A stretch of DNA of 48,859 nucleotides from contig CANHSO010000002.1 of assembly GCA_947463705.1 (NCBI GenBank), positions 1 to 48,859 on the forward strand, in the 5' to 3' direction. This DNA comes from Bacteriovoracaceae bacterium (lineage in GTDB: Bacteria; Bdellovibrionota; UBA1018). Under the pieces are notes generated by a model. It ran no database searches and was not told the DNA's origin. It saw nothing but the letters and a program-made list of their open reading frames with translations. Each line of letters opens with the position of its first letter. The stretch's first letter is position 1. Shown here piece by piece: positions 7,883 through 16,992 of the stretch. Position numbers and translations under genes: made by a program.

Positions 7883-9370
7883 ATGTTCGATCTGAATCAA
7901 TTTGCCAGTCAAGGTGCTAAAATTAAAGTAGTCGGCGTCGGAGGGAGTGGTTGTAACGCAGTTAACACCATGATTCGAACTGGCTTGGAAGGTGTCGAAT
8001 TCATCACAGCGAATACAGATAGGCAGGCGCTTGAAGCTTCTTTAGCACCAATTAAGTTGTCCATTGGTCAAGAGTTAACTAAGGGACTTGGGGCTGGTGC
8101 CAACCCGGAGGTGGGTCGTAAAGCAGCACTTGAGGAATATGCGCGCATCTCGGAGGTCTTGGCAGGCGCCGACATGGTGTTTATTACCGCGGGGATGGGC
8201 GGTGGCACTGGAACTGGAGCTGCTCCAATCTTTGCAAAGATTGCAAAGGAGATTGGCGCCTTAACGGTGGGCGTAGTGACTAAGCCCTTCATGTTCGAAG
8301 GCAAAAAGAGAATGCGGCATGCTGATCAAGGGATGAGCTGGCTCCGTGAAAGTGTTGACTCATTGATCACCATTCCCAATCAAAGGTTGCTGGCAATCTC
8401 GGGCACGACTTTGTCTATGATCGATGCATTTAAGAAAGCAGACGAAGTATTGCTCAATGCTGTTCAAGGGATTTCAGACCTCATTAACCACACTGGATTG
8501 ATTAACAGCGACTTTGCGGACGTGAAAACGATCATGCAAAATAAGGGTTTGGCTTTGATGGGGATTGGTTTTGGTGAGGGTGAGCACCGTGCTGTCGAGG
8601 CAGCAACTAACGCTATTTCAAGTCCTTTGCTTGAGGATATTTCGATCGATGGTGCTACCGGGATTATCATCAACATCACCGGCGGTTCGAACCTTAAAAT
8701 TCACGAAGTGAACGAAGCGACCACTCTCATTATGGAAGCCGCTCATGATGATGCTGAAATTATCTTCGGTACTGTCATTGATGAATCCATGAAGGATGGA
8801 GTTAAGGTCACAGTGATTGCAACGGGATTGGGTGGTGCTGTTGCCGCTCAAAATCATGCGACCATGATTCAAGTGCCGGCTTCAGCTCCTGTGCAGGCCT
8901 ATCAGGCAGCAGTAGAACCAAGATTTGCTGCCGAACCAGCGGAGTCTGTGCCATCTCGACAGGTTGCACCAGCTCCAGCAGTAGCTCCTCCGCAGCCCCG
9001 TGCAAACTACGCTGCTCCTCAGGCGCCAGTTGCACCCTCTGCTCCTCATCAGACATCCTATCGTAATCCTCCGCAGCCTTCTCCAGCGATGCTTGCTGGA
9101 AGTAAGGCTCCAAGGCTCCAGTCAGAAGTTCCAACCTGGGCTGCAATGCCTGATTTTGGTGCCTCGGCTGAAATGGAAGATGTGATGGTTAAGGAATCTC
9201 CAGTGGTTTCCGGGATTGGTTCTGTACCGCCCACTCACACGGGGTCTGCAGAATCCGTTGAGTTAGCTCGTGCTCGGGCGATTGCTCAGCGCCTGGGAAT
9301 TACCAATTTGACTGATGATGAGTATGACATACCGACCTATATGCGTAGGCAGCAGGAGAGAGAAGTCTAG
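7883..9370 (+). CDS. ftsZ: Cell division GTPase FtsZ.
   Basis: It starts [30 protein letters not shown] and carries the tubulin signature [14 protein letters not shown]-rich linker of about 150 aa follows, then the C-terminal peptide [13 protein letters not shown]. Track ORF 7757..9370 has a spurious 42-codon extension overlapping ftsA. Confidence 0.95.
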   Translation: MFDLNQFASQGAKIKVVGVGGSGCNAVNTMIRTGLEGVEFITANTDRQALEASLAPIKLSIGQELTKGLGAGANPEVGRKAALEEYARISEVLAGADMVFITAGMGGGTGTGAAPIFAKIAKEIGALTVGVVTKPFMFEGKKRMRHADQGMSWLRESVDSLITIPNQRLLAISGTTLSMIDAFKKADEVLLNAVQGISDLINHTGLINSDFADVKTIMQNKGLALMGIGFGEGEHRAVEAATNAISSPLLEDISIDGATGIIINITGGSNLKIHEVNEATTLIMEAAHDDAEIIFGTVIDESMKDGVKVTVIATGLGGAVAAQNHATMIQVPASAPVQAYQAAVEPRFAAEPAESVPSRQVAPAPAVAPPQPRANYAAPQAPVAPSAPHQTSYRNPPQPSPAMLAGSKAPRLQSEVPTWAAMPDFGASAEMEDVMVKESPVVSGIGSVPPTHTGSAESVELARARAIAQRLGITNLTDDEYDIPTYMRRQQEREV

Positions 9371-9396
9371 AATCGTTTTTGAAAAAAAGACGAATC

Positions 9397-9434
9397 GAGG
9401 GGGGTGCGAGAATCTCGGCCCCCCTCTTTTTTTT
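9397..9434. terminator. Bidirectional intrinsic terminator between ftsZ (+) and the SDR gene (-).
   Basis: GAGGGGGG (9397-9404) pairs with CCCCCCTC (9419-9426), with an inner CGAG/CTCG pairing. T8 follows on the plus strand and an A-run precedes, giving a T-run on the minus strand. Confidence 0.7.
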
Positions 9435-10198
9435 CAGACGCCTGTAGTCAGACCTCCGTCCATAGAAATACATTGGCCAGTTAAATAAGAAGAGCTATCG
9501 CTGACTAAGAATGCAGCAAGGCTGGCAATATCCTCGGGTTTTCCCATTCTTTTGAGCGGGATTCTGTCTATGAATTTTTGTTTGATTTCATTTGGAATTT
9601 GCTGTGTGAGCACCGAGTCGATGAAGCCCGGTGCGATGGCGTTGACATTGATATTGTACTTTGCGAGCTCCATCGCCCACGTAGAAGTCATTCCTACGAC
9701 CCCAGCCTTTGCTGCTGAGTAGTTAGTCTGTCCAATATTTCCGTTGAAGGCGACGGATGAAATGTTGAGGATTTTACCGTATTTTTTAGTCATCATTTCC
9801 TGGGCGCAAGCTTGACCCATATTGAAGGGGCCCTTCAGATTGACGCGGATCACTTCATCCCAATGCTCCTCGGAGAGCTTGTGGAGGAGGGAGTCTCTTG
9901 TAATTCCGGCGTTATTGATCAAAATATCAACCCCTCCAAAGGTGGTTTTTGTCTTTTGAAGAAGGTCTTGAGCACTTTTTTGATTAGATATGTCATGAGT
10001 TGAGATCATGGAGCGTTGGCCGAGACTTTCGACTTCTTTTGCGGTAGCTGCAGCGTTCTCTGGATTGATATCATTAACGACAATGTCAGCTCCAGATTGA
10101 GCGAGTCTTATTGCGATGGCGGCCCCAATTCCGCGTCCTGAGCCTGTTACGATTGCTACGCGACCAGAAATTGACGCTAGTAATGGTGGAAGATTCAT
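9434..10198 (-). CDS. Classical short-chain dehydrogenase/reductase, FabG-like 3-oxoacyl reductase.
   Basis: 254 aa with the TGSGRGIGAAIA dinucleotide motif, NNAG and the YSAAK catalytic motif. Confidence 0.85.
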   Translation of the reverse strand: MNLPPLLASISGRVAIVTGSGRGIGAAIAIRLAQSGADIVVNDINPENAAATAKEVESLGQRSMISTHDISNQKSAQDLLQKTKTTFGGVDILINNAGITRDSLLHKLSEEHWDEVIRVNLKGPFNMGQACAQEMMTKKYGKILNISSVAFNGNIGQTNYSAAKAGVVGMTSTWAMELAKYNINVNAIAPGFIDSVLTQQIPNEIKQKFIDRIPLKRMGKPEDIASLAAFLVSDSSSYLTGQCISMDGGLTTGV

Positions 10199-10388
10199 TA
10201 TTTTTATTCCTTTTAAAATTTAAAAAAAGTTTACTTTAAGCCTTCTAACTAGAAAGTACAACATTTAGAAAAAAAATAAAATACCGCGTCAAATTTGCAA
10301 AATATTCGGATCTAATTAAACTGCCTTGAGCAGATTTATTTGTTATGATTCTGTTAGGGAAGTCTTATACAAATAGGGGGAAGTAAAA

Positions 10389-11813
10389 ATGCTAAAATCA
10401 GGGAAGAAAATTCTTCTTGTTTTGCTGATGAGTACCAGCTCTGTTGCATCAGCCTCTCAGTACAAACAAGGTGAAGTTTTAGTTAAATACAAGGACGGAG
10501 TCCTTCGTACTCGTTCCACGATGGACCTGCTTTATCAGTCTGTCGGGGTGAAGAAGGTTCGACGCTACTCGAAATTGCTGAAAAGTCTTGAGCAGTTGAC
10601 ACTTGGTGACGGAACATCGGTCGAAAATGCGATTCAGCAGCTCAGAAATGATAGCACAGTCGAATACGTGCAGCCCAACTTCCTTCTTTACACTCTTCCC
10701 GTGCAGGAGGGGCCCCGTGCGCTAGCGCGCGCGTCGGGCGATGAAGGGATCCCATGTTGGTTTCCGGGGGTTCCGCTTCCTCCGGGATGCGATGACTCGG
10801 GTGATGGAGGTGGTGGCAATGATGAGAGTCAACCTGTGACCTCTCCAGGGAGTTTATCTAGACCTGATTTGGCGGCCGCTCCGTCCGAGGTGAATCCTCC
10901 TGTTGTAGATCCAGACATGGGTCGCCTTTGGGGGATGGATAAGATTAATGCTGAGGAAGCCTGGAAAACCCATCGCGGCAGCCATGAATTTGTTGTTGCT
11001 GATATTGATACTGGCATTGATTATAATCATACTGACTTGGGTTTTAACCTTTGGCGAAATCCGAATCCAACCGACAAGCAAGACATTGCAGGGTTTGATT
11101 TTGTTCACAACGATGGTCTACCCTTCGATGATCAGGAGCATGGCACTCATACTGCGGGAACCATTGGAGCTGTCGGAGGGAACGGGTTGGGGATTTCTGG
11201 CGTGAATCAACAGGTTTCGCTAATGGCCCTTAAATTCATTTCTCAAGATGGCAGTGGGACGACAGCAGATGCAATTCGTGCAATCGACTATGCGATCACC
11301 CATGGAGCCAAGGTGTTGAGTAATAGCTGGGGCGGACAAGGAGACCCAGACAATAAGGCGCTCTACGAAGCAATCGAGCGAGCGAGGGCAAAAGGGGTTC
11401 TCTTTGTTGCTGCTGCGGGTAATAGTTCGGCAAATAATGATGACCCAAGTTCTGCATCGTACCCCGCCGCATTTGAGAATGATAATTTGATTTCTGTTGC
11501 AGCTTCGGATCAAAATGATGGGCTCGCTTACTTCTCGAACTACGGGAAGAAGACGACTCACCTCGCTGCTCCTGGCGACAAGATCTACAGCACGATACCT
11601 GGTAATCAGTACAAGGCAATGTCGGGGACATCGATGGCTTGTCCTCATGTCGCTGGTGCAGCTGCCCTGCTTTGGTCAAAGCATCCAGAGTGGGACTATA
11701 AAAAAGTCAAGCAAGTCTTGCTGAGTACTGTAGACCCTCTGGCGGCTCTCAAGGGAAAGACAATTTCGGGCGGGAGATTGAACGTACTCAAGGCATTGCA
11801 GTACCAAGAATAG
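10389..11813 (+). CDS. Secreted subtilisin-like serine protease (peptidase S8) with N-terminal I9-like propeptide.
   Basis: It has a signal peptide and the catalytic triad motifs VADIDTGID (Asp), HGTHTAGTIGA (His) and GTSMACPHVAGAAALL (Ser). Confidence 0.9.
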   Translation: MLKSGKKILLVLLMSTSSVASASQYKQGEVLVKYKDGVLRTRSTMDLLYQSVGVKKVRRYSKLLKSLEQLTLGDGTSVENAIQQLRNDSTVEYVQPNFLLYTLPVQEGPRALARASGDEGIPCWFPGVPLPPGCDDSGDGGGGNDESQPVTSPGSLSRPDLAAAPSEVNPPVVDPDMGRLWGMDKINAEEAWKTHRGSHEFVVADIDTGIDYNHTDLGFNLWRNPNPTDKQDIAGFDFVHNDGLPFDDQEHGTHTAGTIGAVGGNGLGISGVNQQVSLMALKFISQDGSGTTADAIRAIDYAITHGAKVLSNSWGGQGDPDNKALYEAIERARAKGVLFVAAAGNSSANNDDPSSASYPAAFENDNLISVAASDQNDGLAYFSNYGKKTTHLAAPGDKIYSTIPGNQYKAMSGTSMACPHVAGAAALLWSKHPEWDYKKVKQVLLSTVDPLAALKGKTISGGRLNVLKALQYQE

Positions 11814-11841
11814 TACTTTCAGTGATTGGCAGTGCATTGGA

Positions 11842-11869
11842 GGGGATACCATCGAAAACTGGTATCCCC
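11842..11869. terminator. 9-bp GC-rich hairpin between convergent genes (S8 protease / DksA-like).
   Basis: GGGGATACC (11842-11850) pairs with GGTATCCCC (11861-11869) across a 10-nt loop. The T-tract (CACTTTATT) is poor, so terminator function is tentative. Confidence 0.45.
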
Positions 11870-11892
11870 CACTTTATTAAATTTGTTTTAAT

Positions 11893-12303
11893 CTAGCTCA
11901 GAGATCTGCGGCGATCTGGGGAGCGGTAGTTTTGAGTTGCTTTGGATGCGGTGAGAATCTCGCGGCGTTCCTGGTCTTCCTTGCAGGCAACGCAAAGAGT
12001 TGCTGTAGGTCGAGCCTCAAGGCGTTTGAGCTCGATATCTTCGTCGCACTCTTCGCAAAGTCCAAAGTTGCCCTCTTCAATTCTTCTGAGCGCATCTTCT
12101 ACTTTCTTCATATGTGCAGTTTCACGATTTTTTAACTGCATCCGGAGTGCCTGTTCGATGTCTGCTCGAGCCTGGTCGGCTTCGTCGTATCGGTCTTCAG
12201 GGCAAATCTGGAAATCATCGCAAATGATGCTATTATTTCCTTGGATTGCATTGCGTTGCGCCTCAAAAAGCTTTTTGAATTTCCTGAGCGTGTCCTTCTT
12301 CAT
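11893..12303 (-). CDS. DksA/TraR family C4-type zinc-finger protein.
   Basis: 136 aa with a coiled-coil N-terminal part and the CEECDEDIELKRLEARPTATLCVACK 4-Cys zinc finger. Its start overlaps the mglA stop (ATGA). Confidence 0.8.
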   Translation of the reverse strand: MKKDTLRKFKKLFEAQRNAIQGNNSIICDDFQICPEDRYDEADQARADIEQALRMQLKNRETAHMKKVEDALRRIEEGNFGLCEECDEDIELKRLEARPTATLCVACKEDQERREILTASKATQNYRSPDRRRSLS

Positions 12304-12893
12304 CTTTTTACTTCCCCCTTTAGTTCGCGTATCACAAGTTGACTAACTGCTTGCAGGGTTTCCATGACCCCTTGCCCGCGGTTAGCGATAGCCTCAAAAT
12401 AAGGCCGATGCATTGGATTAAGTGTAGCTTCAAGTTCTTGAACTGTGACGGCTGACGGCAAGTCTCTCTTATTGTATTGGAATGCTAAAGGGAGCTTGTG
12501 GATGTCATAGCCCTGTCGTTCCAAGCTTTTTTCTAGTGATTCAAAGCTTTCGATATTTGCCTCCATTCTCTCGGTTTGACTATCTGCGACAAATACAATT
12601 CCGTCCACTCCTTTAAGAATAAATTGGCGCGACACTTCATAAAATGTTTGGCCTGGAATCGTGTATAGATGAAATCTGGTTTTAAAGCCACGGACTTCTC
12701 CAATAGAAAGAGGGAGAAAATCAAAAAATAATGTCCGTTCGTTTTCTGTGCTGAGGGTAACGAGCTTGCCGCGTTCTCTTTGCTGCGTTTTTTCGTATAT
12801 GAATTGGATGTTTGTAGTTTTTCCGCCAAGCCCAGGACCAAAGTAAATCACCTTGCAGTTGATTTCTTTGGTCGTGTAGTTGATAAAACTCAC
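12300..12893 (-). CDS. mglA: Ras-like small GTPase MglA.
   Basis: 197 aa. MSFINYTTKEINCKVIYFGPGLGGKTTN...ERTLFFDFLPLS...FHLYTIPGQTFY...QYNKRDLP is near-collinear with Myxococcus MglA. The GTG start directly abuts the recR stop. Confidence 0.9.
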   Translation of the reverse strand: MSFINYTTKEINCKVIYFGPGLGGKTTNIQFIYEKTQQRERGKLVTLSTENERTLFFDFLPLSIGEVRGFKTRFHLYTIPGQTFYEVSRQFILKGVDGIVFVADSQTERMEANIESFESLEKSLERQGYDIHKLPLAFQYNKRDLPSAVTVQELEATLNPMHRPYFEAIANRGQGVMETLQAVSQLVIRELKGEVKR

Positions 12894-13505
12894 TTAATCG
12901 ATCTCCATGCGATTTTCTAGCGCTCTGCCAATAGTCTGCTTATCTGAATATTCTAAAAGTCCACCTACTGGAAGACCATAAGCAAGCTGAGTTACTTTAA
13001 TTCCGAACGGTTTAATCAGTTTGGCAAGGTAGAGAGCAGTGGCTTCACCTTCAACGCTTGGATTGGTCGCTAGAATAATTTCTGAAACCGAACCTGAGCT
13101 CTGCTTAATTCGAGATAAGAGCTCCTTGATTTTGAGTTCTTCGGGCCCTATTCCTTCCAAGGGAGAAAGAGTCCCATGTAAAACGTGATAATAGCCCCGA
13201 AAAATTCCGGAATTTTCGATCGCTAGCACGTCTGTGGGGCGTTCGACGACGCAAATGAGGGATGAATTTCGCTCTTTGCTTGAGCAAATAGGGCAGGGAC
13301 TGGTGTCTGTGAAAACAAGGCAAATTTGGCAAAGGCTTGTTTTTTGTTTTGCGTTCAGAATTGCCTCTGACAGCGCTCTGGCATAGTCTTCGGGCTGTTT
13401 TAAAATAAAATGAGTAAGTCTAGCTGCTGTCTTTTCTCCGATTCCTGGGAGCTTTGAAAGTTCAAAAATTAATCTGGATACGGAGTCATGTCGAGGGCTC
13501 TGCAT
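12894..13505 (-). CDS. recR: Recombination protein RecR.
   Basis: 203 aa with the helix-hairpin-helix LPGIGEKTAARL, the C4 zinc finger CQICLVFTDTSPCPIC and a Toprim region. Confidence 0.95.
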   Translation of the reverse strand: MQSPRHDSVSRLIFELSKLPGIGEKTAARLTHFILKQPEDYARALSEAILNAKQKTSLCQICLVFTDTSPCPICSSKERNSSLICVVERPTDVLAIENSGIFRGYYHVLHGTLSPLEGIGPEELKIKELLSRIKQSSGSVSEIILATNPSVEGEATALYLAKLIKPFGIKVTQLAYGLPVGGLLEYSDKQTIGRALENRMEID

Positions 13506-15228
13506 GCGTGTCCTCTAAAAGTTGAATCGGTCCAAGTTCACCACCAAAAAGGGATCTCGCCTCAGTAATGATTGGGTGATGCGAAGCCTGATTTCTGATG
13601 GCTTCTCGTCGCTCTAGGTTCTCTCGTTCTCTTCGTGCTGCTAGACTTTCTCCATTATTTTTACACTCAATTTGAAGTCGGATGGGAAAGCCAAGGTATT
13701 CACGAGAAAGAGTGCCGAGTTGTTCCTGGTAAATGCGGGATTGAAGTTGTTCTTTAAAGTAGGAGTTTTCTGGAGAGAAAAAGATAGTCACGTTCTGATT
13801 AGGAGTTGATGAATCAGGGAATAAAGTCCCTGAGGAATGCTCTAAAATTGAGGCTAAAAGAGGCCGTGATTTCTTAATGTGATCAATGAGGCCTTCCCAC
13901 GTCTTTTTGCTCTCGCTGGGTTGAGGACTCTGTGTGATGGGGATGCTTTCGGTGGCTCGAGCTGGAGCGGTAGGGGGCTGCTGAGAGATTGGAGCCTGAG
14001 TCACTGGAGTAGGGGCGGGTAAGGTTGGGAGCTTAGGTCCAGACGTGGGAGCGGGGGTGGTTGTCGATCCGCTTGAGGGCTTTTGGTCGGCCGAAAAAAG
14101 TGTCTCAGCAGTTGCGCACTTAATGATTAAGACATTAAGTGCGATCCTGGGTTGAGAAGATCGGGCCAACGTCTCAAGTCCGTAGTGAAAAACTTGGAAA
14201 AAAAGTTCAACTTCTTCGATGGATCGTAAGGTTGCAAGCGTTCGAAGTTCGGCAATTTCTTCGTCTGAGGCTTCAATGGAGGCCCGATTCACGGAATCGA
14301 TCTGAATCAGGAGGATGTAGTAAAGAAACTCAATCAGTCCTCGAGTTAGAACTCTCAGGTCATGGCCCTGTTCGTGTGCCTGGTCGACATACGTCAGCGC
14401 TTCTGCTGCTTTTCTTTTGAAAATGCCGCTGAGAATTTGGATGAGCGTTTGGCCCTCGATTAGTCCAATGCTTTCTCTCACCGATGTGAGGGAGATAGGG
14501 CCATTTGAGAATGCGATCACTTGGTCGAACAAGGATAGCGCGTCTCGCATGCTGCCTTCGGCTGCTCGACTGATTAAAGTCAGAGCTGCGGAGTCGATTT
14601 CAATTTTTTCAGCTTTGGCAATTTCCGTGAGACGATCCTGAATTTGGCTCAGAGTGACTCGACGGTAGTCGAAACGCTGACAGCGTGAAAGTACAGTCGC
14701 TGGAATTTTGTGAGGTTCAGTCGTTGCGAAAATGAAAATGACATGTGCTGGGGGCTCTTCAAGGGTTTTTAAAAGCGCATTAAATGCTGCTGTAGTCAGC
14801 ATATGCACTTCGTCGATGATGTAAATTTTCCTTGAGCCTTGTGAGGGCATGTACTTGGCGTGGTCCCGAATTTCTCGGACAGCTTCGACCCCGTTGTTGG
14901 AAGCACCGTCGATTTCAATTACATCGACGCTGCTGCTATTTGAAATTTCTTTGCAGTTCGAGCATTGATCGCAGGACTGGAGGAGAGATTCTCCGCTGGG
15001 AGAAATAATGGCTTCTTGAGTGGCTTCGCAGCGTAGAACTTTTGCAAAAATCCGTGCGATCGAAGTTTTCCCGATTCCACGCGAACCTGTAAAGAGGTAG
15101 GCGTGATGGAGTCGGTTGGAGCGAATTGCATTATTGAGTGTGCGAACAATGTGGGATTGCCCTACAATGTCCTTAAAATGGGCAGGCCTCCACTTTCTTG
15201 CTAACACGACATACGAGTCTGAGTGCAC
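13486..15228 (-). CDS. dnaX: DNA polymerase III subunit gamma/tau.
   Basis: 580 aa with LARKWRP..F.D.VGQ, the Walker A GSRGIGKTS, the zinc module CDQCSNC and DEVHML. It overlaps recR by 20 nt. No ybaB lies between them. Confidence 0.95.
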   Translation of the reverse strand: MHSDSYVVLARKWRPAHFKDIVGQSHIVRTLNNAIRSNRLHHAYLFTGSRGIGKTSIARIFAKVLRCEATQEAIISPSGESLLQSCDQCSNCKEISNSSSVDVIEIDGASNNGVEAVREIRDHAKYMPSQGSRKIYIIDEVHMLTTAAFNALLKTLEEPPAHVIFIFATTEPHKIPATVLSRCQRFDYRRVTLSQIQDRLTEIAKAEKIEIDSAALTLISRAAEGSMRDALSLFDQVIAFSNGPISLTSVRESIGLIEGQTLIQILSGIFKRKAAEALTYVDQAHEQGHDLRVLTRGLIEFLYYILLIQIDSVNRASIEASDEEIAELRTLATLRSIEEVELFFQVFHYGLETLARSSQPRIALNVLIIKCATAETLFSADQKPSSGSTTTPAPTSGPKLPTLPAPTPVTQAPISQQPPTAPARATESIPITQSPQPSESKKTWEGLIDHIKKSRPLLASILEHSSGTLFPDSSTPNQNVTIFFSPENSYFKEQLQSRIYQEQLGTLSREYLGFPIRLQIECKNNGESLAARRERENLERREAIRNQASHHPIITEARSLFGGELGPIQLLEDTHAEPST

Positions 15229-15311
15229 TTCTTGGGTCTCCTACAATTCCTGGAATCGATGGTCGGCACATTAACTTGCCTAAATCCGATAAACAAGCGA
15301 AAACAAAGGAT

Positions 15312-16322
15312 TTATTGTAGCTTAACCTGAGGATGAGTGAACAGCTCAAGTTCGCACTTTTGAGCCCTCTCCAAAATGCGTTCGTTGAGCTGCGAGGTGG
15401 CTGGGCCGATGGCGTCCAAGCGGTTGACCCAAAAGGTGATTTGAATCTGTTGGTAGCCTTCAGTGAGGTTCAAAAGTTGGACTGATTTGCTTTTTGTTTT
15501 GGACACCAATTCAATTTGATCGAGAATTTCTAGAGTGATTGCTCTTACTTGTGGAAACGGAACTGAGATTGGAACGCGAATCTGAACGGCACACGACTTC
15601 TCCCGAGAGTGGATTGAAAGGTTGAAAATTTTAGTATTCACAAGATCGGCATTGGGGACAATTAAAGTATTGCCGTTTCCCAAAAGGAGCTGAGTGCTTC
15701 TTAGTCCAATCATCTGGACCTTTCCGATTGAGTCAGAGATTTGGATATCGTCGCCCGGTCTGAGATTTCGATCGAGCATTAGGATGAAACCTGAAATCAT
15801 GTTCGACAGCGTATCTTTAGCTGCAAGACCCACAGCCAGAGAGCTGACGCCTAAAGCTGTGATGAGCGACATGGCATCATAGTGGAAATGATTGAGGATC
15901 ATGATCCCGCCTGAGCCAAAGACAAAAATGGTGATCAGATTACTGATGAGTGGTAGGAACCCTTTTTGGAGCGCTTCGGCGTTTTCGCTCTGTCGTAAGC
16001 TCCACTCAATTCCCATGAGGGCAGCTTTTTCGCAGAGTCTTACGAGAACGAAAACTGCGAATACATAAATTCCACCCTCGATCCATTTTTCCGGAGCGCC
16101 TTGGAGAGGGGCAAGCTCTAAAAAGATCCGAAATCCAAAAATGTAGAGGATATTTGCAATGGATGGGGCTAGGGTTTTTAAGATTTTCCAGCCTCTTCGT
16201 TCATAAAGCCTCGTTAAAATTGACTTTAAAGCATTCGCTGCTAATATTGTGGCGATAATGACCAACAAGGCTAACGACCATTCTTTTGAACTAGGGCTAA
16301 AAAGGCGCTTCAAATCTTCCAT
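15312..16322 (-). CDS. Mechanosensitive ion channel, MscS family.
   Basis: It has TM helices followed by the MscS beta-domain pattern (LAAKDTLSNMISGFILMLDRNLRPGDDIQI...G.V..IGLRST). The track ORF extends to 16523, but Met at 16322 has a GGAG 6 nt upstream and avoids overlap with ogt. Met at 16343 is an alternative start. Confidence 0.8.
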   Translation of the reverse strand: MEDLKRLFSPSSKEWSLALLVIIATILAANALKSILTRLYERRGWKILKTLAPSIANILYIFGFRIFLELAPLQGAPEKWIEGGIYVFAVFVLVRLCEKAALMGIEWSLRQSENAEALQKGFLPLISNLITIFVFGSGGIMILNHFHYDAMSLITALGVSSLAVGLAAKDTLSNMISGFILMLDRNLRPGDDIQISDSIGKVQMIGLRSTQLLLGNGNTLIVPNADLVNTKIFNLSIHSREKSCAVQIRVPISVPFPQVRAITLEILDQIELVSKTKSKSVQLLNLTEGYQQIQITFWVNRLDAIGPATSQLNERILERAQKCELELFTHPQVKLQ

Positions 16323-16385
16323 GGGGTTCTCCGTGCGTTGCATAAACGCATTGAATTTCTGTCTGGTGAGTGACAGACTGTCCTG

Positions 16386-16982
16386 GTGTGTGGATTCGTT
16401 AGGAAAATAACCTTGAACTATTTTCAATTTCCAGTGAGTTTTGGGACAGTTTTTATTTTCTGGGATCATCAGGGCTTGATGAGTCGAATTGAGCTCCTGC
16501 CAGGGGCCTGCCCTCATTCTCACTCACTTTTAGTTCCTATCGGTTTGGCCGAGACGATTCAAAAGTTGAGAAATTACTTTTATTCAGGAATTCCCGTGGG
16601 CCAGATTCCGTGGCAGCTTTTGAGCCTGAGCGGGTTGACTGAATTTCAGCTTCGAGTTTATGAAATGGCTTGCCAAGTTCCGCACGGTGAGACCCGTACT
16701 TATGGATGGGTTGCGAGAAATCTTGGGAAGCCTTCAGCGTCCAGAGCAGTGGGCCAGGCGCTGAGAAAAAATCCCTTTCCTGTTTTGATTCCGTGCCATC
16801 GCGTAGTGAGTGCTCATGGATTAGGTGGCTTTTTAGGCGAGGCAGATGAAACTCACTGTCTGCCCCAAATTAAATCTAGGCTCATTACACTCGAGGAAGA
16901 GTACCTCAATCCAGTCTTTTCATTTCTGCCGGCAAGCATGAGGAGTTCAGATTTTCTCACTGGACAAGCTTTGTCCGTCTAA
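16386..16982 (+). CDS. ogt: Methylated-DNA--protein-cysteine methyltransferase (Ogt/MGMT).
   Basis: It carries the active-site IPCHRVV motif preceded by TYGWVARNLGKPSASRAVGQALRKNP. The start is uncertain (GTG 16386 or a downstream TTG/GTG). Confidence 0.8.
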   Translation: MCGFVRKITLNYFQFPVSFGTVFIFWDHQGLMSRIELLPGACPHSHSLLVPIGLAETIQKLRNYFYSGIPVGQIPWQLLSLSGLTEFQLRVYEMACQVPHGETRTYGWVARNLGKPSASRAVGQALRKNPFPVLIPCHRVVSAHGLGGFLGEADETHCLPQIKSRLITLEEEYLNPVFSFLPASMRSSDFLTGQALSV

Positions 16983-16992
16983 GGCCGGTTTT

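Noticed and set aside
8830-9300. A long P/A/Q-rich low-complexity segment in FtsZ, with several antisense or overlapping track ORFs there.
   Set aside because: This is the intrinsically disordered C-terminal linker, which varies widely in length among bacteria. The overlapping ORFs are compositional artefacts.
16323-16523. The long N-terminal extension of the MscS ORF, overlapping ogt on the opposite strand.
   Set aside because: The extension is non-hydrophobic and unconserved-looking. An internal Met with a good SD (16322) gives a typical MscS length and removes the overlap.
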